The notes: a model not told the origin generated them from the letters alone. Positions 1-9,169 are shown, counted from the first letter of the stretch. The stretch: DNA of 34,600 nt from Candidatus Eiseniibacteriota bacterium (GCA_041946735.1 JBHGAY010000039.1:1-34600), one strand, 5' to 3'. Numbers and translations: made by a program.

Positions 1-146
1 TCGGGGAGATCTCCCCGATCCTTCTCCGACAGCGCCCTCTAGAATACCGATCGAACCGATTCGGCCCCTCCTGAACCGCCTTTCTGCTCTCCCGGGCCTG
101 CCTGCGAACCTCCGGCATCCGGCCTGGCCTGGCCGCGAGTCGGACG

Positions 147-1418
147 TCAGTCCGATCGCTCTCCTCCCCCCTCGCGAGACGGTGGGAGGGTCAGCTTTAC
201 GGTGCGCACTCCGTAGGGATAGGACTCCACCACCTCGAAGCCGATCCCCGCGAACTCGAAGCTCTCCCCTTCGCGCGGGATCCTTCCGAGTCGCCGCATC
301 ACCAGTCCCCCGATCGTGTCGTAGCGGAGCTTCGGGAGGTCGATGTTCAGCTCCTCGTTCAGATCGTCGATGTCGGTCAGGGCATCGACGATGTAGGCCC
401 CGCCCCCGAGCGAGCGGATCCGCTTGACGCCGATCTCATGCTCGTCCGCCATCTCCCCCATGATCTCCTCGACGATGTCCTCCATCGTCACGATGCCGGT
501 GCACGACCCGAACTCGTTGACGACCACCACCATCGACTCCCCGCGCCGCTGCATCTCGACCATCAGCCTGTTGATGCGCTTCGTTTCGGGGACGAGGGTG
601 ATCGGACGCATCCAGTCCTCGATCGTCTCTCCCTTCTCCGGATCGAGGAGGACGTCGAACACCTGGAGGACGCCGATCACGCGGTCGACCCGGCGATCGA
701 AGACCGGGATCCGGGTGTATCCGCGGCGGCGGATGACCGCACGCAGCATGTCGACGCTGCTCGTGCGATCGAGCGAGACGACCGCCGGCATCGGGATCAT
801 CACCTCGCGGGCGGTCGTGTGCCCGAATCCGAGGATCGACTGCAGCATCCGCTTCTCCTGCCGGAGCGGGCCGGTCTCCTGCTGCACGTCCTGCACGAGG
901 ATCTCCAGCTCCTCGCGCGTGACGAGGTGGCTGCGCTTGACGCCGAGCAGGCGCAGGACACGGTTCACGAGGCCGCCGGCAATCGCAGTGACGGGCAGGA
1001 GGAGCAGATCGAGCGCGAACAGCGGCCGGGCGAGGGCCGCGAGGATCGCCTCGGCGCGAACCCGCGCGAAGCTCTTCGGCAACACCTGGCCGAAGACGAG
1101 GACGATCGCCGTCACCGCGACCGTGGTGATGACCGCGGCCGCCGGTCTCGGCCCCATCCATCCCTCGACGAGGCTGGTCGCGATCGCCGCCGCGGCGGTC
1201 GCGAAGAACGTGTTGACGACGAGCAGCGTGACCAGGATCCGGTCGCGCCGGCGCAGGAGGTCCAGGCTCAGGTCGGTGCCCTCGGGCCGTCCCTTGGAAG
1301 CTGCGGCGCGGACGAGGAAGCGGTCGGAGGCGAGGAGCGCGATCTCCACTCCCTCGAAGACGGCGACGCCGGCGACGCAGAGCAGAAACAGGAGGAGCCG
1401 GAAGGGCGGGGCGATCAC
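147..1418 (-). CDS. HlyC/CorC (CNNM/DUF21-CBS-CorC_HlyC) family membrane transporter, paralogue 2
   Basis: N-terminal hydrophobic DUF21-like domain, CBS pair (TAREVMIP, GYTRIPV, VVNEFGSCTGIVTMEDIVEEIMGE) and C-terminal CorC_HlyC domain (YDTIGGLV...GRIPREGE). The GTG start overlaps the upstream paralogue stop (GTGA, 1415-1418). Confidence 0.93.
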   Translation of the reverse strand: MIAPPFRLLLFLLCVAGVAVFEGVEIALLASDRFLVRAAASKGRPEGTDLSLDLLRRRDRILVTLLVVNTFFATAAAAIATSLVEGWMGPRPAAAVITTVAVTAIVLVFGQVLPKSFARVRAEAILAALARPLFALDLLLLPVTAIAGGLVNRVLRLLGVKRSHLVTREELEILVQDVQQETGPLRQEKRMLQSILGFGHTTAREVMIPMPAVVSLDRTSSVDMLRAVIRRRGYTRIPVFDRRVDRVIGVLQVFDVLLDPEKGETIEDWMRPITLVPETKRINRLMVEMQRRGESMVVVVNEFGSCTGIVTMEDIVEEIMGEMADEHEIGVKRIRSLGGGAYIVDALTDIDDLNEELNIDLPKLRYDTIGGLVMRRLGRIPREGESFEFAGIGFEVVESYPYGVRTVKLTLPPSREGGGERSD

Positions 1419-2668
1419 TCCTCTTCCTCCTCCGGCTCCTCGATCCGCTGGACCCGGACCTTCTGGATCCGGTGACGGGAGACGTCGAGGACCTCGAACT
1501 CCAGGTTGTGGAAATGGAGGACCGTCCCGGGGCGCGGGAAGCCGCCGTGAAGCGCGCAGAGGAATCCGTTCACGGTGACCGCTTGCTCCTGGGGAATCTC
1601 CTCCTCGAGCTGATCGGCGAGATCCTGGAGCGACGTCCGACCGAGCACCTCCCAGGTTCCCGCACCTACGGGGACGATCTCCTCCTGCGCCGGCTCGTAC
1701 TCGTCGAACAGCTCCCCCACCACCTCCTCGATCAGGTCCTCCTGGCTCATGAGACCGACCGTCTCGCCGTATTCGTTGACGACGATCGCCATCCGCCAGC
1801 GCCCCTTGCGCAGGTCCTGGAAGATCCGATCGATCGGCGCTTTCTCCGGGACGATCAGCACCGGGCGGATGAGCTGCGAGATCCGCCGGCCGGGGTCGAG
1901 GAGGAACTCGCGCGCCGGCAGGAAGCCCGAGATCGAATCGAGCGTCTTGTCGTAGAGCGGGATCTTCGAATGCTTCGTGCGCGTGATCACCTCCCGGAGC
2001 TGCTCGGGGGTGGAATCGACCGGCGCTGCGACGATGTCAACGCGAGGCGTCATCACCTCCTCCGCGGTCCGCCGGGAGAAGGCGAGGATGTTCTGGAGGA
2101 GCTGGTTCTCGAGCTTGCTCATCCCTGCCTCGTCGATCTCCTCGAGCACCGCCTGCAGCTCGCTCCGGCTGACGCGGCGGGAAACCGCCGCCCCCGGCTG
2201 CGGGAGGCCGAAGACCCGATGCGCGGCGCGCGTGAGCTGCGCGAGAGCCGAGGAGAACGGAAGAATGGGCGGCAGCAGCACCGCGAGGGGGATCGCCGAG
2301 GCACGGGCCACGGCACGCGGGAAGTTCACCGCAATCGTCTTGGGCAGGATCTCGCCGAAGAGCAGCAGGCCGGCCGAGGCGGCGAGGATCGCGACCTGGA
2401 CGCCGCTGGGACCGAATTGCGCGATGGCGAGGGAGGTCACGGCCGACGAAAGTCCCACGTTGACCAACGTGTTGGCGACGAGCAGGGAGTTGAGCAGCCG
2501 CTGAGGTGTTCTCAGGAGCCTGCAGACGCTCCGGGAAGCCTGGTCCTTACGGGCTTGAAGCTGACGAATCTGAACCTGGTTGAGGGAGAAGAGAGCGGCC
2601 TCGGAGCCGGAGAACAGCGCCGAGGCGAGCAGGAGCGCCGCCAGCAACGAGGCCTCGATCGGGTTCAT
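1415..2668 (-). CDS. HlyC/CorC (CNNM/DUF21-CBS-CorC_HlyC) family membrane transporter, paralogue 1
   Basis: Canonical DUF21 motifs SALFSGSEAALFSL and FGEILPK; CBS motifs VMTPRVDI, HSKIPLY, VVNEYGETVGL...EDLIEEVVGE; CorC_HlyC tail. Confidence 0.95.
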   Translation of the reverse strand: MNPIEASLLAALLLASALFSGSEAALFSLNQVQIRQLQARKDQASRSVCRLLRTPQRLLNSLLVANTLVNVGLSSAVTSLAIAQFGPSGVQVAILAASAGLLLFGEILPKTIAVNFPRAVARASAIPLAVLLPPILPFSSALAQLTRAAHRVFGLPQPGAAVSRRVSRSELQAVLEEIDEAGMSKLENQLLQNILAFSRRTAEEVMTPRVDIVAAPVDSTPEQLREVITRTKHSKIPLYDKTLDSISGFLPAREFLLDPGRRISQLIRPVLIVPEKAPIDRIFQDLRKGRWRMAIVVNEYGETVGLMSQEDLIEEVVGELFDEYEPAQEEIVPVGAGTWEVLGRTSLQDLADQLEEEIPQEQAVTVNGFLCALHGGFPRPGTVLHFHNLEFEVLDVSRHRIQKVRVQRIEEPEEEEE

Positions 2669-2682
2669 GTCGGATCTCGCGC

Positions 2683-2711
2683 AGTGTAAGCGGGCGCCGC
2701 CGGGGGGTCAA
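2683..2711 (-). promoter_or_regulatory. Putative sigma70 promoter for the CorC pair: TTGACC-N17-TACACT
   Basis: Minus strand -35 at 2711-2706 and -10 at 2688-2683 with a 17-nt spacer; near consensus within GC-rich DNA. Confidence 0.65.
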
Positions 2712-2746
2712 CCGGGCCCCGGCGGCCTGGAGAGCGCTCGCAGCCG

Positions 2747-2776
2747 TTGAGGGGCCGCGCATCCCCGTGGTATCGT
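2747..2776 (+). promoter_or_regulatory. Putative promoter for the ppiD operon: TTGAGG-N18-TATCGT with extended -10 TG
   Basis: -35-like hexamer at 2747-2752 and TGnTATCGT at 2768-2776, about 50 nt upstream of the ATG at 2824. Confidence 0.45.
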
Positions 2777-2823
2777 CACCATCCGTGCCCGGAATCGGCC
2801 GGGACGAGGGAGGTCCGGAGCCT

Positions 2824-4632
2824 ATGTTCGAAGCGATGCGTCGCAACATGAAGCTGATCATGTGGATCACTGCGGGATCCTTCGTGTTGCTCATCTTCCT
2901 GGCGTGGGGTCTCGAGTTCCAGGGACTCGGCGGCAAGGCGTCCCGGCAGCCGGGAGTGATCGGGAGCGTCAACGGCGAGCCGATCCTCGAGCGGGTCTAT
3001 CAGGACCGCGTCATGCAAGCGCGGACGAATTTCCAGCAGCAGAGGGGCCAGACGCCCGACGAAGGCACCGACGTGCAAATCCGCAACCAGGCGTGGGACG
3101 CCCTCGTCCAGGAGATGCTCCTGAACCAGGAGATCCGGCGGCTCAAGCTGGAGGCGAGCGATCAGGAGGTGCTCGAGGCGATCCGCAACCAGCCCCTACC
3201 GGCGGTCATGCAGGCGCCCGACTTCCAGACGAACGGACAGTTCGACTACAACAAGTATCTCGCCGCCCTGAACGATCCCAACCGGGATTGGCTTCCGCTG
3301 GAGATGTATTACCGCGAGGACGTTCCGAAGCAGAAGCTGCAGCAGATCGTCATGGCTTCGGCGAAGGTGAGCGATGCCGACGTGCGCCGGCAGTTCGAGG
3401 CGGAGAACACGAAGGCCCGGGTCGCCTATGCCTTCGTTCCGGCCCAGCGGTTCACCGTCGATCCGGCCTCCATCTCGGAGTCGGATGCGCGGGCCTACTA
3501 CGACGCCCACACCGACGACTACCGCGCCGACGATCAGGCATGGGTGCAGTACGTGCAGATCCCGAAGGCGCCGACGATCTCCGACACGCTCGCCGCCCGC
3601 GACCTGATCCAGCAGGCGGCGAAGGAGCTGACCGACGGCGAGTCGTTCGACGTCATCGTGAGCGCCTATTCCGAAGCGCTGCCGCAGATGCGGGGCGGCG
3701 AGCAGGGGGTCTACCTGACGCGCGATCAGGTCCACCCGCCGGTGCTCGCGGAAGCGGCCTTCACCCTGCCGGTCGGCCAGGTCAGTCCGATCCTGACGGA
3801 GCCGGGCGGATTCCACATGATCCGCGTCGAGGACCGGCGCATGAACGGGGAGAAGGAGGAGGTGAAGATCGCCGACGTCTTCATTCCGATCTCCCTCTCG
3901 TCGGAGACGGTGACGGCGGTGCAGGACAAGGCGGTCGCGGTCGCGAACGCGACGAAGGAAGACGGCAACTTCACGGCGGCCGCGCAGAAGGAAGAGCTGG
4001 AGGTGAAGCAGGCGGGGCCGTTCGGCCGCACCTCCTTCGTTCCGCTCGTCGGGCAGGTCCCCGGCTTCCTGGACTGGGCGTTCGGCTCCAACGCCGGGGC
4101 GGTCCATATGTTCGAGGACCGCGACGCCTGGTACGTCGCGCACATCCTCAAGCGGCTCCCGGCCGGTCTCCAGCCATACGAGGAGATCAAGGACCGCGTG
4201 CGCAACGACGCGGTGCTCTCGAAGCAGATCGAGCAGGCGAAGCAGGCGGCCCAATCGATCCTGGACGCTGCGAAGGGCGGGACGCCGCTCGAGCAGGCCG
4301 CGAAGATCGACCCGGAGGCCACCTTCGATCGGACCGACGAGTTCGCGAAGCGGTCGTTCCCGCGCGGGCTCGGCAACGATCCCACGATCTTCGCCCATGT
4401 CTTCACCGCCCCGATCGGCGTCGTTCCGGAGGTGGTGACGACGAAGCGGGGAGCGTACGTCCTCGAGGTCCTCTCCCGGACCGCGCCGGACGAGTCTCTC
4501 TTCGCTTCCCAGAAGGATACGATTCGGCGGCAGCTTCTTCAGATGAAGCGCCGGGAGATCGTCAACCGCTGGATGGAAGATTTGCGCGCAAGGGCGGAGA
4601 TCCAGGACTTCCGGGGCGACAACGCGATCTAG
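2824..4632 (+). CDS. ppiD: PpiD-like membrane-anchored periplasmic chaperone (SurA N-terminal domain plus parvulin-like domain)
   Basis: Start MFEAMRRNMK after a GGAGG/GGAG SD, a single N-terminal TM anchor, SurA-N motifs (IGSVNGEPI, FQTNGQFDYNKY), a parvulin-like segment (AAFTLPVGQVSPI...GFHMIRV) and a C-terminal LRARAEIQDFR; 602 aa. Confidence 0.88.
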   Translation: MFEAMRRNMKLIMWITAGSFVLLIFLAWGLEFQGLGGKASRQPGVIGSVNGEPILERVYQDRVMQARTNFQQQRGQTPDEGTDVQIRNQAWDALVQEMLLNQEIRRLKLEASDQEVLEAIRNQPLPAVMQAPDFQTNGQFDYNKYLAALNDPNRDWLPLEMYYREDVPKQKLQQIVMASAKVSDADVRRQFEAENTKARVAYAFVPAQRFTVDPASISESDARAYYDAHTDDYRADDQAWVQYVQIPKAPTISDTLAARDLIQQAAKELTDGESFDVIVSAYSEALPQMRGGEQGVYLTRDQVHPPVLAEAAFTLPVGQVSPILTEPGGFHMIRVEDRRMNGEKEEVKIADVFIPISLSSETVTAVQDKAVAVANATKEDGNFTAAAQKEELEVKQAGPFGRTSFVPLVGQVPGFLDWAFGSNAGAVHMFEDRDAWYVAHILKRLPAGLQPYEEIKDRVRNDAVLSKQIEQAKQAAQSILDAAKGGTPLEQAAKIDPEATFDRTDEFAKRSFPRGLGNDPTIFAHVFTAPIGVVPEVVTTKRGAYVLEVLSRTAPDESLFASQKDTIRRQLLQMKRREIVNRWMEDLRARAEIQDFRGDNAI

Positions 4633-4726
4633 CGCCGAGCAGGGATCGGGACTCGTTCGACAGAGCGCGGTCACCTTCGCGTCGCGGATCCTGATCACGC
4701 TCGTCAACATCCCGATCTCGATCCTC

Positions 4727-5971
4727 GTGGCCCGCGAGCTGGGTGTGGAGGGGCAGGGCGTCTACGCCGCGGCGGGCGCCTTCCCCACGCTCTGGGCGAC
4801 GTTCTGGCTCCTCGGCCTCGACGCCTCGCACACGTGGGCGATCGCGAGCGGGCGGGCGACGCTGGGACGGATCATCGGCAACTCCATCTTCTGGGTCATC
4901 GTGCTCTCGCTGATCGCCGTGCCGTCCTATCTCCTCGGCGGGCGGCTGCTCGATCCGGAGAAGGTCGGGGCGTTGCTGCCGGTCTTCCGGATCACGGCGC
5001 TGATCGTCCCGCTCGTTCTCGCGCGCTACCTCCTCCTGTCGTGCTTCCTGGGTCTGGGACGGATCGACCAGTACAACCTCCTGAACGTGCTGAGCCAGCT
5101 GATCCTGCTCGCCGTCCTCGTCGCCGTGCTGTGGATCGGCCACGGCTCCACCGTCGCGGCGGTGTGGGCCTACGGCTTCTCGATCCTGCTGCTCGTCCTG
5201 CTCGGGACCCTATGGCTGCTACGGCGGTCGCGAGAGTCGGATCCGATCCGCATGGACAAGCCGCTGCTCGGGACCTCGCTCTCCTATGGAGTGCGGGGCT
5301 ATGGCGGAATCGTCTTCACGAGCTTCACCTACCGCTTCGACCAGGTCCTGCTGCCGGCGCTCTCCGGGATCGCGCAGCAGGGCTACTACTCGATCGCGGT
5401 GTTGCTGGCCGAGAAGCTCAGCCACATCACAGCATCGCTGCAGCTCGTGCTCTTCCCGAGGGTCTCGGCCTCCACGCCGGAGGAGGCGAACCGGATCACC
5501 ACCGTCGCGTGCCGGCATGCTCTCTTCTGGGTCGGGAGCGCGGCGGTCGCGCTGGTGGTCCTGGCCAAGCCGCTGATCCGCCTGATGTACGGCAGCGAGT
5601 TCCTACCGGCCCTCGCTCCGCTGCTCTGGCTCGTGCCGGGAATCTTCCTGCTCTCGTTCTCGAAGATCCTCACGGTCGATCTCTCCGGGCGGAACCGGCG
5701 CTTCCCGACGACGGCCGCGACCTGTGTCGCGTTCCTCGTCAATCTCGGGCTGAACCTCCTCTGGATCCCCCGCCATGGAATGCTCGGCGCAGCCTGGTCC
5801 TCGTCGATCGCCTACACGCTGCAGAGCGCGCTTATGATCGTTTTCTTCGTCCGCATCACGGGTGTGCCGGTGCGCAAGCTGCTGGTGCCGGAGCGCGGGG
5901 ACGTGGAGCTGTACCGCCGCCTCGCCGGCCGCCTGCGCGTCCGCCTGGGCGCGAAGGCCTCCAGCGCATGA
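4727..5971 (+). CDS. Wzx/MATE-like oligosaccharide flippase (polysaccharide biosynthesis protein); true start probably upstream
   Basis: Multi-pass membrane protein with ARELGVEGQGVY, YRFDQVLL, GYYSIAVLLAE, LFPRVS, LMYGSEF and LNLLWIPRHGMLGAAWSS motifs. 4727 is the first canonical start codon, but flippase-like sequence continues in frame to about 4650 (see findings). Confidence 0.88.
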   Translation: MARELGVEGQGVYAAAGAFPTLWATFWLLGLDASHTWAIASGRATLGRIIGNSIFWVIVLSLIAVPSYLLGGRLLDPEKVGALLPVFRITALIVPLVLARYLLLSCFLGLGRIDQYNLLNVLSQLILLAVLVAVLWIGHGSTVAAVWAYGFSILLLVLLGTLWLLRRSRESDPIRMDKPLLGTSLSYGVRGYGGIVFTSFTYRFDQVLLPALSGIAQQGYYSIAVLLAEKLSHITASLQLVLFPRVSASTPEEANRITTVACRHALFWVGSAAVALVVLAKPLIRLMYGSEFLPALAPLLWLVPGIFLLSFSKILTVDLSGRNRRFPTTAATCVAFLVNLGLNLLWIPRHGMLGAAWSSSIAYTLQSALMIVFFVRITGVPVRKLLVPERGDVELYRRLAGRLRVRLGAKASSA

Positions 5972-7101
5972 GCTCCGGCGCCGGCCCGCCCGCGCGGATC
6001 GAGCCTGCGACGCCGAGCCGGCCGGTGGAGCGCAGGGAGCCCGAGGGGCCCATCGATCCCGAAGAGTGGGACCGTCATCTTCTGCGGCATCCCGAAGCGA
6101 CGTTCTACCACACGCGCCGCTGGGCGGCGATCGTGACCGACGCCTTCCCGCAGGTCACCGACGAGAGCGTCTGGCTCGGCTCGGGCGACCAGCGAGCCGC
6201 CCTGCCGATGCAGCGATGGACCCGGCTGGGCAGCGTCTTGACGACGCGGCATTCGAGCTTCCCTTTCGTCTACGGCGGCCCGGTGCCGCGGAGGCTCGCC
6301 GCAACAGGCGACCTGCTTCCCGAAGCGGTGCGCCGCCTGCGCGCCGGGGGAGCGGCGTTCGTCCTGGTGGCGAGCCCCTTCGGCGCGGCGGCGGACATCG
6401 ACGCAGATGCGCACCCTTCCGATGCTCACCCTTCCGACGCTCACCCTTCCACCGTGGTGGACGCTTCCCTGCGCGGCGCACGGATCGAGCGCACACCGGA
6501 GATCACCCACCTCCTCCGCCTTCCGGCCGATCCCACCGTCTTCTGGGAAACGATCCTCACGGCGGCCAAGCGCAACGACGTCCGCCGCATCGGCAAGAAG
6601 GGCGTGTCTGTGCGCCGCGGGGGGACCGAGGAGGAAATCGAGTCGGTCTATCGCTTCTACCGCGACAGCTTCCGTCGCTGGGGCGGGCCTCCGGGGCTCG
6701 TCTATCCCCTCGCGTTGTATCGCAGCCTGGTGCGGCGAGGCGGCGACGCCGTCCGTCTCTATCTCGCCGAGCACGAGGGACGCATCCTCGGAGGAGCGTT
6801 CGTGATCCGCTGGAACGGACACGTGCACTACCACGCCGGCTACTTCGATCACGAAGCGAGGGCGCTACGCCCCAACGTCCTGATCCAGGAGACGGTGATC
6901 CGCGAAGCGATCGAGGATCGGTTCGTGGACTACGACTTCCTTCCCAGCGGCGGGAATGCCGGCGTCGAGGCGTTCAAGGAGGGATTCGGGGGCGTGCGCA
7001 CTCCGCTCGAACGCTATGAGTTCCGGCCGCCGCTGCATCGCCTCGTGGAGAGGCTGCGCCGGCGCGGGCGGCCGGCGGCGGAGCCCGGCGCGGGCGGATA
7101 G
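5968..7101 (+). CDS. GNAT family acyltransferase, FemAB/BioF2-like (cell-envelope glycopolymer associated)
   Basis: ATGA overlap with the flippase stop; motifs WDRHL...ATFYHTRRW, YGGP, KRNDVRRIGKKGV, RPNVLI, YDFLPSGGNAGVEAFKEGFGG; 377 aa. Confidence 0.85.
   Translation: MSSGAGPPARIEPATPSRPVERREPEGPIDPEEWDRHLLRHPEATFYHTRRWAAIVTDAFPQVTDESVWLGSGDQRAALPMQRWTRLGSVLTTRHSSFPFVYGGPVPRRLAATGDLLPEAVRRLRAGGAAFVLVASPFGAAADIDADAHPSDAHPSDAHPSTVVDASLRGARIERTPEITHLLRLPADPTVFWETILTAAKRNDVRRIGKKGVSVRRGGTEEEIESVYRFYRDSFRRWGGPPGLVYPLALYRSLVRRGGDAVRLYLAEHEGRILGGAFVIRWNGHVHYHAGYFDHEARALRPNVLIQETVIREAIEDRFVDYDFLPSGGNAGVEAFKEGFGGVRTPLERYEFRPPLHRLVERLRRRGRPAAEPGAGG
6406..6450 (+). repeat. In-frame 15-bp tandem repeat x3 encoding (DAHPS)3 within the GNAT
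   Basis: gatgcgcacccttcc / gatgctcacccttcc / gacgctcacccttcc. Confidence 0.95.
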
Positions 7102-7152
7102 CCGCACGCGAGGCGCGCCGGCGCTCGAGCCACGGCCGGCAAGCTGCGCCTC

Positions 7153-7989
7153 TCAAGGTTCCTCCAGCCGCACGATTCCCCGCTTTCCCCAACGCGAGAG
7201 GAAGATGTCCCGCGTCCGCGGATCGAGCGCGTCCCACGCCGGCCGGAACATGCGGAGCACGGGCCGGGCGCTCGCGCCCGAATCCGGCGAGCCGAGGATC
7301 GCGGCGCTCGCGTGCGCGAGATGCGCCGAAGCGACGTGCCGGTCGCGTGCCGGAGTGCGGATCCCGCCTCCCGGCGGCTGCCGCCAATAGGCGCGCGCAT
7401 GGGGGAAACCGGAGAGCGCGTCGATCTCGGGCTCGCGCGCGAACGCGAGGATGACTCGACCTCGAGCCTCCACCGAATCGGCGCCGGCGCACAGCGTCGC
7501 GGCGATCGAGTCGGCGAGCGCCGGCATGCGAGCCGGACAGAGGCGGGCGGGGAGCTTCCAGCTTTCGCCCGCGTAGGTGCCGGGAAGGCAGAGGGCGAGG
7601 CAGGCGCGCGACCAGCCCGCGCGCTCCGGCTCGGGATGCGAGAGGACCCTCGCGAGGACGCGGCTCCAGAGAGAGGAGAACGCCCTCCCTTCCGGCCCCT
7701 TCGGGTCGCGGGTGGCGAGGATCGCCTGCGAGAGCAACGCCGATGCGGCATCCTCCAAGGTTGACTCCTCGCTCTCCGCGCCGGAGGCGAGTCTCGCCAG
7801 CGCTGCATCGCGTTGCGCGGCGACGGTCGAATCGGCGCTCCCCTGGACCGCTTCCGCGGCAGGCTCCGCTACCGCGGGAGCGACGCCGGCGGCCGGCACG
7901 AGGAGCAGCGACAAGCAGCACGCGGCGAGTGGCAGACCGAGCGGCCTGGCGAACGGCCTGGCGAACGGCTTAGCGAACGACGACGACAC
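7153..7989 (-). CDS. Hypothetical exported protein (signal peptide, Ala-rich, probably helical)
   Basis: GTG at 7989 preceded by AGGAGG; N-terminal basic region plus hydrophobic stretch ending AVA-EP; overlaps the upstream gene by 20 nt; 278 aa; no family recognised. Confidence 0.65.
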   Translation of the reverse strand: MSSSFAKPFARPFARPLGLPLAACCLSLLLVPAAGVAPAVAEPAAEAVQGSADSTVAAQRDAALARLASGAESEESTLEDAASALLSQAILATRDPKGPEGRAFSSLWSRVLARVLSHPEPERAGWSRACLALCLPGTYAGESWKLPARLCPARMPALADSIAATLCAGADSVEARGRVILAFAREPEIDALSGFPHARAYWRQPPGGGIRTPARDRHVASAHLAHASAAILGSPDSGASARPVLRMFRPAWDALDPRTRDIFLSRWGKRGIVRLEEP

Positions 7990-9169
7990 GACGAGCCTCC
8001 TCTCTCGATCCCGCCTGCCAGAAGGCGCGGACCCAGTAGATGCCGGACGGAAGGCGGTCGAGATCGAGAGCGACCGTCCCGCTTTCCCCGACCGCCGCGA
8101 TCGAACGAAGGCGGCGGCCGGCCGCATCGAGCAGATCGATCGAGACAGGCCGCGACGGCCCGAAGAAGAGGTCGACGCGGGCGCTCGCCGGATTCGGCCG
8201 GACGTGAATGGAGAGCGTCGTGCGGGTGGCTGCGGGGAAGGTGCTCGCGTTCTCGTCCCAATCCTCCGGCAGGCGAAAGTCGGGCGGCAGCGGATCGTTC
8301 TCTCCGAGACCATCGCGCAGCCAGGGAGGCATCCTCTCATCGACGCACTCGCGCCGCGCGGATCGTCCGACGCAGTACCAGTCGAGAGCGGGGTCGCCGT
8401 AACAGAACGCGGACGCTTCGCCACAACCGCTCCCGTAGCCGGTCGGATCGAGCAGCGCGTAGAGATCGAACAGCGGGCCGTTGCGCGGCTGCTCCGGCGC
8501 CCCGTCGAACGCGTTGCCGGCCGCCAGAGCCGTCGCCTCGAGGTGCTCGTCCTCGAGGAGCGAGACGCGGGCTGCGGCGTCCGGCTGGCGGCTCCAGGAA
8601 TCCCTCCAGACCGAGCCGCCATAGATTCCCGGGAAGAGTCGCACGGCCCCCGGCGTCTCGAACGTCTCCCGATTGCCTGCGAAGTGACCGGAGAAGCAGG
8701 CGCAGTACGGCAGAGAGCGCTCGTCCTTCCAGCCGGCGACGACGTAGATCCATTCCCAGTCGTGCTCGTGCGTGTCGCAGCCGATGCCGTTGCCGTCGGT
8801 CCAGTTCCGCGGGTAGTAGAAGTGGTATTCGAGAACCAGGCAGGCCTTGCCATTCGCGTCGCGCGCCTCCACGACCTGCCCGTAACCGATCGCGGAAGCC
8901 GCTCCCGGCGGCATCTCGAAGTTGTTCTCGATGTCGGGATCGTCGTCGTAGCGGCTCGGCCAGTCGCGCCGGCGCCCGTCCGGTCCGTCGTCCTCGAGAT
9001 AGAGCGCCGGGCGGAAACGTGCGAGAAGCTCCTCGCGGGTCGCATCGCACCGATCTGCGGCGAGCGAAGCGCCACGGGACGGAGAGACGCAGGCGGGCGC
9101 GACGGCGCATAGAGCGAGAACGAAGCGCATGCGCGCGGTTGGGGCGCGCCGCCTCGATCGGAACGTCAT
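7970..9169 (-). CDS. Secreted NPP1/Vps62-like domain protein with C-terminal T9SS type A / FlgD-like sorting domain
   Basis: ATGA overlap with the upstream stop (9166-9169); signal peptide; LLARFRPALYL, LEYHFYYPRN and THEHDWEWIYV motifs; tail PNP...DAAGRRL...LPSGIYWVR...RRVVVVR; 399 aa. Confidence 0.75.
   Translation of the reverse strand: MTFRSRRRAPTARMRFVLALCAVAPACVSPSRGASLAADRCDATREELLARFRPALYLEDDGPDGRRRDWPSRYDDDPDIENNFEMPPGAASAIGYGQVVEARDANGKACLVLEYHFYYPRNWTDGNGIGCDTHEHDWEWIYVVAGWKDERSLPYCACFSGHFAGNRETFETPGAVRLFPGIYGGSVWRDSWSRQPDAAARVSLLEDEHLEATALAAGNAFDGAPEQPRNGPLFDLYALLDPTGYGSGCGEASAFCYGDPALDWYCVGRSARRECVDERMPPWLRDGLGENDPLPPDFRLPEDWDENASTFPAATRTTLSIHVRPNPASARVDLFFGPSRPVSIDLLDAAGRRLRSIAAVGESGTVALDLDRLPSGIYWVRAFWQAGSREEARRVVVVR

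Noticed and set aside
7109..7152. Terminator hairpin between the GNAT and the convergent hypothetical gene (GAGGCGC...GCGCCTC)
   Set aside because: The stem is interrupted, has no U-tract and could arise by chance at this GC content.
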